Source: an uncultured archaeon
GTDB lineage: Archaea; Asgardarchaeota; Heimdallarchaeia; Heimdallarchaeales; Heimdallarchaeaceae
NCBI GenBank assembly: GCA_964534625.1
Contig: CAZHRF010000036.1
Coordinates: forward strand, 1-24,000
Direction of reading: 5' to 3'
Length of the DNA: 24,000 nt
Under the pieces are notes generated by a model. It saw only the letters and a list, made by a program, of their open reading frames with translations. It had not been told where the DNA came from and searched no databases. Positions 1 through 7,538 of the stretch are shown in pieces (positions within the stretch are counted from its first letter, which is position 1; the number at the start of each line of letters is the position of its first letter). The translations under genes and the position numbers were made by a program.

Positions 1-163
1 GTTACGTACCCAGTTGTACCCAAAAGAACTCATTGAAAAAAATTCAAGGAAAAAGCAATTAGCGGTATCAGTCCAATTTTTACTAATGGGATGTTAACGC
101 CAACTCTTTTTTCATTTTATAATTTATTCTCTAACTTAAACTTTCAACGAAAGGAAAGATCGT

Positions 164-1438
164 CTAATCTTTTTGTATTAAGCCATCTTTTACAAGTATT
201 TTTCCATTCTTTATCACAGTATTTACGTGATTTCTGCCAAATTGATAGGGTAAACTGGCAATTGATGGTATGTCCATAATCAGCAGATTAGCACGCATTT
301 CTAGATCCAATGTTCCCACTTGATTTTCTCTTTTTAATGATTTTGCACCACCATAAGTTGCTGCCTCCAACGCCTCCTTAGGAGTCATATGCATCATATA
401 ACACCCAAGTTCTATTACCGTTTGCATATTAATTAGATAACAATTTGGATTAAAATCTGTTGACAAAGCAACTGTGGCCCCAGCATCTTTAAACATTCTA
501 TAGTTGGCATATTTTTTTGACATTAAAACAAAGGGCGTTCCTGGTAACAAATTAGCTACTACTCCAGCATCCGCCATTGAACTAGCAGATATTGCTTCTG
601 CTTTTAATAAATGATCAGCTGAATCAGCTTTCATTTCAGAAGCTAATAGTGCAGCGCCTACATTTTCCATTTCGTCAGCATGCATTCTTATTTTGAACTT
701 GTAATCTTTCGCAGCACTAAGAAAAACCTTTGATTCTTCAACTGAAAATGCATTAAAATCCGTCCATATGTCTACATATTCAGCAAGATTTTTTCGTTTA
801 ATCTCTGGTAAAAGTTCTATCATTGATTCTACATACTCAAATGAATTACCGATAAAATCCTCCGGCATTACATGACATCCCAAAAAAGTTGGAATGATAT
901 CAACAGGATGCATTTCGTTTACTTCATTGGTTATTTCAAGTAAGTCTAGCTCTTTTTCTTGATTCAGACCATAACCAGATTTAGCTTCGATCATGGTTGT
1001 ACCATGTTTTAACATGATATCCAACCGTTCTAGTGCTAGTTCTTGCAATTCTTCTCTTTTTGCACTTCTAGTTTGTCTTACGGTATAATTGATTCCTCCA
1101 CCCGATTCAGCTATTTTTTGGTAAGAATCTCCTTTAAGTTTCATAGTTAATTCATGACTCCTATCGCCACCAAACACTAGATGGGTGTGCGAATCTACAA
1201 AACTAGGACAAACAATTTTCTTATTTTTGCAATCAATAATTTCATAATCTTTTCTCATAAAATCAGAAAATATTCTTGTAGTTTCTCCTATTGCTATTAT
1301 TTGACCATTTTTAATAACTAGGCAATCAGGATTTTCTTTATTATACACTGGTTCATATTTGGTAATTGCAGACGCAGGTCCAAGCAATAGTTCTGCAATA
1401 TTGGCAATGATAATGCCCTCACTTTCAGAGTTATCCAT
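164..1438 (-). CDS. hutI: Imidazolonepropionase (histidine utilisation; amidohydrolase superfamily)
   Basis: 424-aa ORF. Metal-binding 'FVDSHTHLVFGG' near the N-terminus, plus 'RMHADEM' and 'ALSTDFNPN' motifs in the order typical of HutI. Length is typical. Divergent from hutH. Confidence 0.9.
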   Translation of the reverse strand: MDNSESEGIIIANIAELLLGPASAITKYEPVYNKENPDCLVIKNGQIIAIGETTRIFSDFMRKDYEIIDCKNKKIVCPSFVDSHTHLVFGGDRSHELTMKLKGDSYQKIAESGGGINYTVRQTRSAKREELQELALERLDIMLKHGTTMIEAKSGYGLNQEKELDLLEITNEVNEMHPVDIIPTFLGCHVMPEDFIGNSFEYVESMIELLPEIKRKNLAEYVDIWTDFNAFSVEESKVFLSAAKDYKFKIRMHADEMENVGAALLASEMKADSADHLLKAEAISASSMADAGVVANLLPGTPFVLMSKKYANYRMFKDAGATVALSTDFNPNCYLINMQTVIELGCYMMHMTPKEALEAATYGGAKSLKRENQVGTLDLEMRANLLIMDIPSIASLPYQFGRNHVNTVIKNGKILVKDGLIQKD

Positions 1439-1577
1439 GTGGAAAAGTATCTATCACTTTATTTAATTTTTTTTGGTATGAAAATATCAAAAAGTATAAA
1501 GACTTCTCGAACACAATAAAAGTCCAGTAGTGAACAAAAATAATAAAAAGAACAAGTCAAATTTGGTTTGAGTACTG

Positions 1578-3110
1578 ATGGAGAACGCTTTAATTTCTTT
1601 AACCGGAGAAAACTTAACCCTATCTACCTTAATTTCTATTACTAGAGAAAGTAAAAAAATTAAAATTGCTGATGAGGCTATAAAAAGGATTTGTGAATCA
1701 AGACAGATTATTGAAAACAAAGTCAAACAAAACGAAACTATTTATGGTGTTACAACGGGTTTTGGAAAACTAGCAAATACAGCAATTGAAAAATCTGATC
1801 TAAAGAAACTCCAAGCAAACATAATTAAATCGCATAGTATCGGTTTTGGCAGTTCAATACCCGATGAAATTGTATTAGGAGCGATGGTTATTGCAGTAAA
1901 CTCTTTTTGTAAAGGTAATAGTGGTATTAGATTAGAAACTGTAAACATTTTAGTAGAACTAATTAATAGAAGAATTATCCCCCAAGTTCCAGAAACAGGT
2001 TCATTAGGCGCGAGTGGAGACCTAGCTCCGCTAGCATATATTGCTTGTGTTTTTTTAGGCGAAGGGTACGTAAAATACAATGATACAATTTTTCCTAGTA
2101 CTGATCTTCCCTCTAAATTCAATATCACCCCTCTAGAATTAGAAGCTAAAGAAGGATTAGCACTAGTAAATGGAACACATGTCTTAACATCATATAGTGC
2201 ACATTCAACATTTGATGCTATGAATATCATAAAAAATTCAGCTATTGCAGTAGCACTATCACTAGAAGCATATAGTGGAAATTTAGCAGCTTTTTCAGAT
2301 TTTATCATGAGAATGCGACCCCATAAAGGTCAGATTATATTTGCAAAAACCATTAGAGAATTAACAAAAGGTAGTGAGATTCTATCAGGTAAAAGAAAGA
2401 GAGTACAAGATCCTTATTCATTCCGTTGTTCTCCACAAGTACATGGGGCTGTTTTAGAGACCATAACATATTCTAAAAATATAATCGAAATAGAAATGAA
2501 TTCTTCAACAGATAATCCATTAATTAATAAAAACAAATCTGAAGTACTATCAGGTGGTAATTTTCATGGAGAACCTGTAGGCTTAAGTATGGATTATTTA
2601 GCAATAGCCCTCACAGAACTAGGTACAATATCAGAACGAAGAGTCAATCAATTACTAAACACCGTTCTTTCTGACTTACCGCCATTTTTAACAGACAAAC
2701 CTGGTTTAAATTCAGGTTTAATGATACTTCAATACGCTGACGCTGCCATTTCTTCTGAAAACAAAGTTCTAGCTTCTCCCGCATCAATAGACAATACACC
2801 GGTCTCAGCAGATCAAGAGGACCATGTATCTATGGGTATGACAGCCTGTAAGAAGGCGTATAAAATTGTAAAGAATCTTGAACAAATGATAGGGATTGAG
2901 ATATATACAGCTTGTCAAGCCTTAACATTCATCGAAAATAACCCCTCGCCGATACTTAAAGACATCTACGATACCATAAGAGAGGTTGTTACTCCATTAC
3001 GACAAGATAGAAAGTATGATACCGAGGTTTATTGGATTATCGAAAAACTCAAAGAGAGAAGATTTACAACCATGGTAAAAGAAAAATTAAAATCCCTATT
3101 TAGTGAATAA
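1578..3110 (+). CDS. hutH: Histidine ammonia-lyase (MIO-dependent aromatic amino acid lyase family)
   Basis: 510-aa ORF. 'GSLGASGDLAPLA' contains the Ala-Ser-Gly triad that forms the MIO cofactor. 'YGVTTGFG', 'LVNGT', 'SANQEDHVSMG'-like 'SADQEDHVSMG' are all present. Confidence 0.93.
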   Translation: MENALISLTGENLTLSTLISITRESKKIKIADEAIKRICESRQIIENKVKQNETIYGVTTGFGKLANTAIEKSDLKKLQANIIKSHSIGFGSSIPDEIVLGAMVIAVNSFCKGNSGIRLETVNILVELINRRIIPQVPETGSLGASGDLAPLAYIACVFLGEGYVKYNDTIFPSTDLPSKFNITPLELEAKEGLALVNGTHVLTSYSAHSTFDAMNIIKNSAIAVALSLEAYSGNLAAFSDFIMRMRPHKGQIIFAKTIRELTKGSEILSGKRKRVQDPYSFRCSPQVHGAVLETITYSKNIIEIEMNSSTDNPLINKNKSEVLSGGNFHGEPVGLSMDYLAIALTELGTISERRVNQLLNTVLSDLPPFLTDKPGLNSGLMILQYADAAISSENKVLASPASIDNTPVSADQEDHVSMGMTACKKAYKIVKNLEQMIGIEIYTACQALTFIENNPSPILKDIYDTIREVVTPLRQDRKYDTEVYWIIEKLKERRFTTMVKEKLKSLFSE

Positions 3111-3112
3111 AA

Positions 3113-3970
3113 ATGAAATTCGCAGTATTAGGAGATATTCATGGGAATTTGAAGAATCTGAAAAAGATAAGAGACGAATTAAAACTAGTTGATGCTATAT
3201 TTGTTACTGGAGATATAGCTGGAACAATCTCACTTAAGCATATAATTAAATCAATTATTCATTCTAAGAAGATTTCACGTAATGCATATGCAGAACTAGT
3301 ATACACAAAGTACAGAGAGGAGTTTACCAACTATCAATTAAAAACAACAAAAAAAACCTTGGATTTTTTTATTGATATCCAAAAGCCAGTTTTTGTTACT
3401 CATGGAAATGTGGAACTACCTGAAGTAAGAGAAATGTTGAAAAATTATTCGGTAGATCATCCACTTTTCTATTATTTGGGAAACAAAATTATTGAGTATA
3501 ATGGTCTAATAATAGTTGGCTATGGATATTGTACACCCGCAACATACAGAGAACCTTTACAGACGCCAGGTGAAAAAACAATTACCGAAATAAAAGCTGA
3601 TCTAATTACATTATCAGAAGAGATACGAAAAACTAGGAAGGGAGGTGAAAAGAGACTCATAGGATTGTTTCACGAACCGCCTAAGGGTACTAATCTTGAC
3701 TATATTGAAAAAGAAGATCTACATGGAGGAAGTCAAATACACCTTGAACACATCTCACAGATCAAGTATGATTATGTTTTTGTTGGCCATATCCATGAAT
3801 CCCCAGGATTGATTAAAAAAAATTCAGCAGTATGGTTAAATCCCGGACCAATGGTCTCGGGTAACTGGGCAAAGATAGAATTAAATAGCAACACCATTGA
3901 ATTCTTTGAAATAAAAAGATTAATTTCTATCAAAAAGTGGATTTATACCTTACGAGAAATATTCAAATGA
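3113..3970 (+). CDS. Calcineurin-like metallophosphoesterase, specific function unknown
   Basis: 285-aa ORF with the ordered metallophosphoesterase motifs 'GDIHGN', 'VTGDIAG', 'THGNVE', 'FHEPP' and 'GHIHE'. It starts 2 nt after the hutH stop (taa aa atg), so it is probably co-transcribed. Confidence 0.8.
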   Translation: MKFAVLGDIHGNLKNLKKIRDELKLVDAIFVTGDIAGTISLKHIIKSIIHSKKISRNAYAELVYTKYREEFTNYQLKTTKKTLDFFIDIQKPVFVTHGNVELPEVREMLKNYSVDHPLFYYLGNKIIEYNGLIIVGYGYCTPATYREPLQTPGEKTITEIKADLITLSEEIRKTRKGGEKRLIGLFHEPPKGTNLDYIEKEDLHGGSQIHLEHISQIKYDYVFVGHIHESPGLIKKNSAVWLNPGPMVSGNWAKIELNSNTIEFFEIKRLISIKKWIYTLREIFK

Positions 3971-4007
3971 AAAATAAGAAGAAAGTTATGAGTAAAGTTA
4001 CTTCAAA

Positions 4008-4394
4008 TTAGAGAACACGCTTCTTCTCGTCTCCTTTCCGTTTAATTGTAATAGATGAAGGAATGCCTTCTATTTTTCTTTCTAATTTTTTAATACCGAG
4101 ACGAGAGACTTGTCTTCCCTCTAAATAGCCGATTTTAATCAAATATAATACATTTAAGAATATGGTCTCAGCTGTTTCATTTTTATTTTCATTTTCATAG
4201 AGTTGTTTCCAGTATTCAAAGGCATCGGGTGCCAAAAAGTATTGCATTAATTGAAATTTATCATCTACCGTAACACTTCTAGGCGCTTGTTCAGCTTCTT
4301 TTAAGTCCTCCATTCGCTTCTTTCTTTTGTCTGCCATTTCCATTAATTTTTGAGCTTTTTTCTTTCTTATTGCTTCTAATTCATCAGATGTCAT
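4008..4394 (-). CDS. PDCD5/TFAR19-like double-stranded DNA-binding protein family (small basic helical protein)
   Basis: 128-aa ORF. It has an N-terminal charged helix ('ELEAIRKKKAQKLME'), then a region 'LMQYFLAPDAFEYW...', a helical core and a C-terminal 'ITIKRKG'. This matches the layout of archaeal and eukaryotic PDCD5-family proteins as I recall it. By-eye only. Confidence 0.55.
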   Translation of the reverse strand: MTSDELEAIRKKKAQKLMEMADKRKKRMEDLKEAEQAPRSVTVDDKFQLMQYFLAPDAFEYWKQLYENENKNETAETIFLNVLYLIKIGYLEGRQVSRLGIKKLERKIEGIPSSITIKRKGDEKKRVL

Positions 4395-4460
4395 GAATAT
4401 TCAACTCTATTTAACTCATTAAATAAAGCTCTTTTTAAAGCTTCTAATTGGTGTTAATAC

Positions 4461-4506
4461 CTATGAACCATCATTGCCCATATGCAAATGGATTCCTGGT
4501 TCATAG
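4461..4506. promoter_or_regulatory. Perfect 10-bp inverted repeat (ctatgaacca N26 tggttcatag) in the divergent promoter region upstream of the ubiquitin operon
   Basis: Read directly: 4461-4470 is the exact reverse complement of 4497-4506. An inner ccat/atgg pairing sits within the 26-nt spacer. It lies between two divergently transcribed genes, so it is not a terminator. Its function (operator or small RNA hairpin) is not established. Confidence 0.5.
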
Positions 4507-4677
4507 AAGTAGTCTCAGAAATATAAATCAATACAACCTAATGAGTATTTTGGATTAGAGAATTTAGAGCCTTGCTTAATTATGGAACTTTTCTAAGCGA
4601 TGATAATTTGCTAACATTTAAGTAGGTGAATACATTAGTAGTAAGTAATCAGTAATATTATGTACCGGTGATTAAAA

Positions 4678-4911
4678 GTGAAGATATCAATTGTAACTGC
4701 TATCGGTGGAGGACTAATAGAACTAGATGCTGATCCTCATTCAACTGTAGCTCAATTAAAACGCGAAGTAGCAAGAATCAAGAAAATTCCAGCTAACACG
4801 GTCATTTTAGTTTTTCAAGGACATCAATTAGACGACAGTCAAATCCTTAAAGAAGCAGGCATTATGGATGGAGACAAACTCTATATTATTGCTAGAACGA
4901 AGGGAGGATAA
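4678..4911 (+). CDS. Ubiquitin-like beta-grasp protein ending in a free Gly-Gly (eukaryote-type ubiquitin homologue)
   Basis: 77-aa ORF with a GTG start preceded by GGTGAT (about 4667-4672). It aligns collinearly by eye with 76-aa eukaryotic ubiquitin ('IP' at 37-38, 'LVFQGHQLDD' vs 'LIFAGKQLED', C-terminus 'ARTKGG' vs 'LRLRGG'). The stop codon follows GG directly. Confidence 0.85.
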   Translation: MKISIVTAIGGGLIELDADPHSTVAQLKREVARIKKIPANTVILVFQGHQLDDSQILKEAGIMDGDKLYIIARTKGG

Positions 4912-4951
4912 AGTATTTATTATTTCTCCTTAACTATTTTTAGAGTGAAAA

Positions 4952-5968
4952 ATGTCTGATGATAAATCTCATGATAAATATTCTAGACAAGAATTAATAC
5001 CAGGTTGGGATCAATCTGCTTTAATAAATGCAAATGTAATTATTGCTGGAGTTGGGGCAATAGGGAGTTATGTAGCTACCATACTGGCTTCTTCTGGTAT
5101 TGGAAAACTTATCCTCATTGATATGGATAAGATTGAACTATCCAATCTGAACAGACAACTTTTATTTCGAGAATCAGATCTTAAGAGTTTTAAAGCGGAA
5201 ATTGCAGCAAAAAGATTGAAAAATTTAAATCAAGATGTTGAAATAATTCATTATAATAAAAAAATGGAAAAAGTTCCTCTTAGAGTTTATGAAGAAGCTG
5301 ATGTGATAATTGGATGTCTAGACACATTCATTGGAAGGAGATGGATTAATTCAATGGCTGTTAGACTAAAAAAACCACTCATTTTAGGTGGTATGTTCTC
5401 CTTTTTAGGTGATGTTCAAGTTATTTTTCCTTATGACACCCCTTGTTTTGAATGCCAACCTTTGGTTCCAGATGAAGAATTAGCTCAAGCTTGTACTCCC
5501 TTTGGTGATGTGAGAAAAGATGAACGTGAAGAAGAGGAGGAAGAAGCCAAATTACCGGCAGTAGCTACCCTATCGTCCATTATTGGGGGATGGATGGCAC
5601 AAGAAACAATAAAAATACTTTTGGAAATTGGAAATCCAATCAATAATTATTTGTTTTATGATGGCTTAAATAATGCCTATACAATTGTCCCCCTAGCAAG
5701 AAACAAAAATTGTCCAGCGTGTGGTGAATTATACAATCTTGAACAAATAAAATTTATCACATCCAATAATGAAACTACAAGAGATTTACTAGTACGTTTA
5801 AGCTTGTCTTATGGTCTAGAAAAACCCGAGATTATGATAGATGGAATGATATTAGAACAAGAAAAAAAGATCTCGTCATATAATCTTTCTAATGAGAAAC
5901 TTGCCTTTGTATTAGATACTTCTTTAGCAAAACCAATCAAAGTAGTGTTAGAAATAGTAGACCAATGA
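4952..5968 (+). CDS. E1-like ubiquitin/UBL-activating enzyme (ThiF/MoeB/UBA adenylation domain) with extra C-terminal domain
   Basis: 338-aa ORF. Rossmann ATP-binding 'IAGVGAIGS', 'DMDKIELSNLNRQ', and zinc-site pairs 'CFEC' (C165/C168) and 'CPAC' (C254/C257). A lone Cys181 ('AQACTPFG') sits in the crossover-loop position. It lies immediately downstream of the ubiquitin gene. Confidence 0.85.
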   Translation: MSDDKSHDKYSRQELIPGWDQSALINANVIIAGVGAIGSYVATILASSGIGKLILIDMDKIELSNLNRQLLFRESDLKSFKAEIAAKRLKNLNQDVEIIHYNKKMEKVPLRVYEEADVIIGCLDTFIGRRWINSMAVRLKKPLILGGMFSFLGDVQVIFPYDTPCFECQPLVPDEELAQACTPFGDVRKDEREEEEEEAKLPAVATLSSIIGGWMAQETIKILLEIGNPINNYLFYDGLNNAYTIVPLARNKNCPACGELYNLEQIKFITSNNETTRDLLVRLSLSYGLEKPEIMIDGMILEQEKKISSYNLSNEKLAFVLDTSLAKPIKVVLEIVDQ

Positions 5969-6042
5969 CATATTAAAAAACATAATTAAATGCAATTATT
6001 TTTAAACAGCGATGGTACTATAATCATATAGAAGATAAATGG

Positions 6043-7470
6043 GTGATTACAATTTCTCATGATTACATTCTTGCTACTGAGATGCAACTAATTTATAATA
6101 ATGCGGGAGGATTTGAACCCGTACAAGGCAATTTAAAACGTTGGAAAGGTCAGGTAGGTACAATACAGGGTACATCTATTCCCATTTATGCTGAAATTAA
6201 AATTCAACCAAATTTTCCTCATAGCCCACCGGTTGTTAATATTCAACCCAAGTTAACACATCCTAATGTTAATGAATATGATGTTCTTAAGATGAGGGTG
6301 CTATCTAATTGGAATCCTAGAACACACATATACGAGGTTATTAATGAGATTAAGGCTTTATTTTCTACAGTACCCGCTAAACCTCTAAAATTCAAGCTAA
6401 AAGATAGTCCGTATAAAGAACCATCAAAATTACCTAGAACAGAACAGTCTAAGGATATTCCGCAAAAATTTAAATCTAGAAGCCAAGAGGTACTATTTGA
6501 ACAAGAAGTCAAAACTGATCCGCAAGTGACGAGAATCAGAAAAAAAATCCAAGCATACCAAACAAGGATAGAACAAATAAATAAAGAAATTGAAAGAGAG
6601 AGAGCAACTTTACTTGAAAATGCAGGTGTGCAAGTGAACAAAGATCAAGAGATAGAAGCATCACTCAATGATTTATATCAAGCAGACGTGAATGCCACTA
6701 GCGATCTCATCGAGATCTTAGGGGAAAAATTTGAAGATGGTGACCTTTCTGATGTTGATTATCTTAAATTGCATAGAAAGTATACTGCAAGAGTCTTCAA
6801 AACAAAAAAACAACTACAATTTATGGAAAATGCTGGTGATAAAATGGATAATAGAGATGAAAGAAGATTAGATCTAGAAGCAGACCTTTTTGCAGCAATT
6901 GTAACTTTAGAAAAGATAACTAAAGGATACCAACAACACGAGATTGAACAAATTGCTTATAAAAAACAACTTAGAGCACTAATCAAAAACATATTCAAAT
7001 CGAGAATGAGACTAGAACAAATAGGCGGCTTCAAACTAGACGAGTTTATTGAAAGAGAACAAATGGATCAGAAATATTCATTAGGAGTTAGACAGTTACG
7101 CGTAGCAGAAGGAGTTGAAACACCAGATTCTATTTCCAATGTAGCTTTACCATTTGATTCCTTGAAAAGAATGCCAAGACAAACAGCAGACTTTGTTTCA
7201 TCAGCAATTGAATTAATAGACTTAACGAGATTAAAATCCGTTGCTAGGGCAGATTTAATATTAGCAGATCTAGATGAGTTGATACATATTACAGAGACGT
7301 TTCCAAGTATTCCGGATGACTTCTGGATAATCGATGACATGAAGGATTGGAGAAAAATAGTTTCAAATTATGATACACAAGAAGTATTGAAGGGAGAGGA
7401 TTGTGAGAAACTAGAATTTCAAACCTCTAGATGGCTAAATGAATTCAGAAGATTACTTAAGGATCTTTAA
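6043..7470 (+). CDS. ESCRT-I fusion protein: Cys-less UEV (Tsg101/Vps23-like E2 variant) + coiled-coil stalk + steadiness-box-like segment + complete Vps28
   Basis: 475-aa ORF with a GTG start.
- N-terminus: E2 fold signature 'PNFPHSPPVVNIQPKLTHPNV', but Lys83 sits where the catalytic Cys would be, and there is no Cys in the first 450 aa.
- aa 205-262: 'LGEKFEDGDLSDVDYLKLHRKYTARVFKTKKQL' resembles the TSG101 C-terminal steadiness box.
- aa 275-475: aligns with Vps28 along its whole length, e.g. 'ADFVSSAIELIDLTRLKSVARADLILADLDELIHITETFPSIPDDF' and the C-terminal 'WLNEFRRLL'. Confidence 0.8.
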   Translation: MITISHDYILATEMQLIYNNAGGFEPVQGNLKRWKGQVGTIQGTSIPIYAEIKIQPNFPHSPPVVNIQPKLTHPNVNEYDVLKMRVLSNWNPRTHIYEVINEIKALFSTVPAKPLKFKLKDSPYKEPSKLPRTEQSKDIPQKFKSRSQEVLFEQEVKTDPQVTRIRKKIQAYQTRIEQINKEIERERATLLENAGVQVNKDQEIEASLNDLYQADVNATSDLIEILGEKFEDGDLSDVDYLKLHRKYTARVFKTKKQLQFMENAGDKMDNRDERRLDLEADLFAAIVTLEKITKGYQQHEIEQIAYKKQLRALIKNIFKSRMRLEQIGGFKLDEFIEREQMDQKYSLGVRQLRVAEGVETPDSISNVALPFDSLKRMPRQTADFVSSAIELIDLTRLKSVARADLILADLDELIHITETFPSIPDDFWIIDDMKDWRKIVSNYDTQEVLKGEDCEKLEFQTSRWLNEFRRLLKDL

Positions 7471-7478
7471 TAGATGTT

Positions 7479-7519
7479 TGGTGATATACATAAATGGTTA
7501 TCACCACCACATATTTTTT
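7479..7519 (+). promoter_or_regulatory. 8-bp hairpin (tggtgata N12 tatcacca) followed by T6; sequesters a GGTGAT Shine-Dalgarno-like motif
   Basis: Read directly: 7479-7486 is the reverse complement of 7499-7506, and a T6 run lies at 7514-7519. It is located 9 nt after the stop of the ESCRT-I fusion gene. It could be an attenuator/terminator or a translational control element. No experimental support. Confidence 0.35.
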
Positions 7520-7538
7520 AATGAAAAATCACCACTAA

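Noticed and set aside
91-279. 62-aa plus-strand ORF at the window start
   Set aside because: It overlaps the 3' end of hutI on the opposite strand and has no RBS or motif. Residues 1-163 might contain the extreme 3' end of an upstream gene, but too little is visible to call it.
1487-2308. 79-aa and 188-aa minus-strand ORFs (1487-1726, 1742-2308)
   Set aside because: They are antisense shadows of hutH and its upstream region. Their composition is hydrophobic and low-complexity, and hutH on the opposite strand has unambiguous family motifs.
4597-4606. C-box-like 'gcgatgataa' suggesting a C/D box sRNA upstream of the ubiquitin gene
   Set aside because: There is one mismatch to RUGAUGA. I found no CUGA D box at the expected ~50-70 nt distance and no terminal stem.
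5507-5551. GAA/GAG-rich tract as a possible microsatellite or repeat
   Set aside because: It is in frame within the E1-like gene and encodes 'EREEEEEEAK'. I treated it as a coding low-complexity insertion, discussed under the E1 finding.
6043-6387. Calling the N-terminal domain a catalytic E2 ubiquitin-conjugating enzyme
   Set aside because: The HPN motif is present, but the active-site Cys position is Lys and the domain has no cysteine. It is annotated as a UEV (E2 variant) instead.
6243-7340. Minus-strand ORFs 6243-6641 (132 aa) and 7068-7340 (90 aa)
   Set aside because: They are antisense to the ESCRT-I fusion gene, whose frame is supported by UEV, steadiness-box and Vps28 similarity. 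I recognise no motifs in them.
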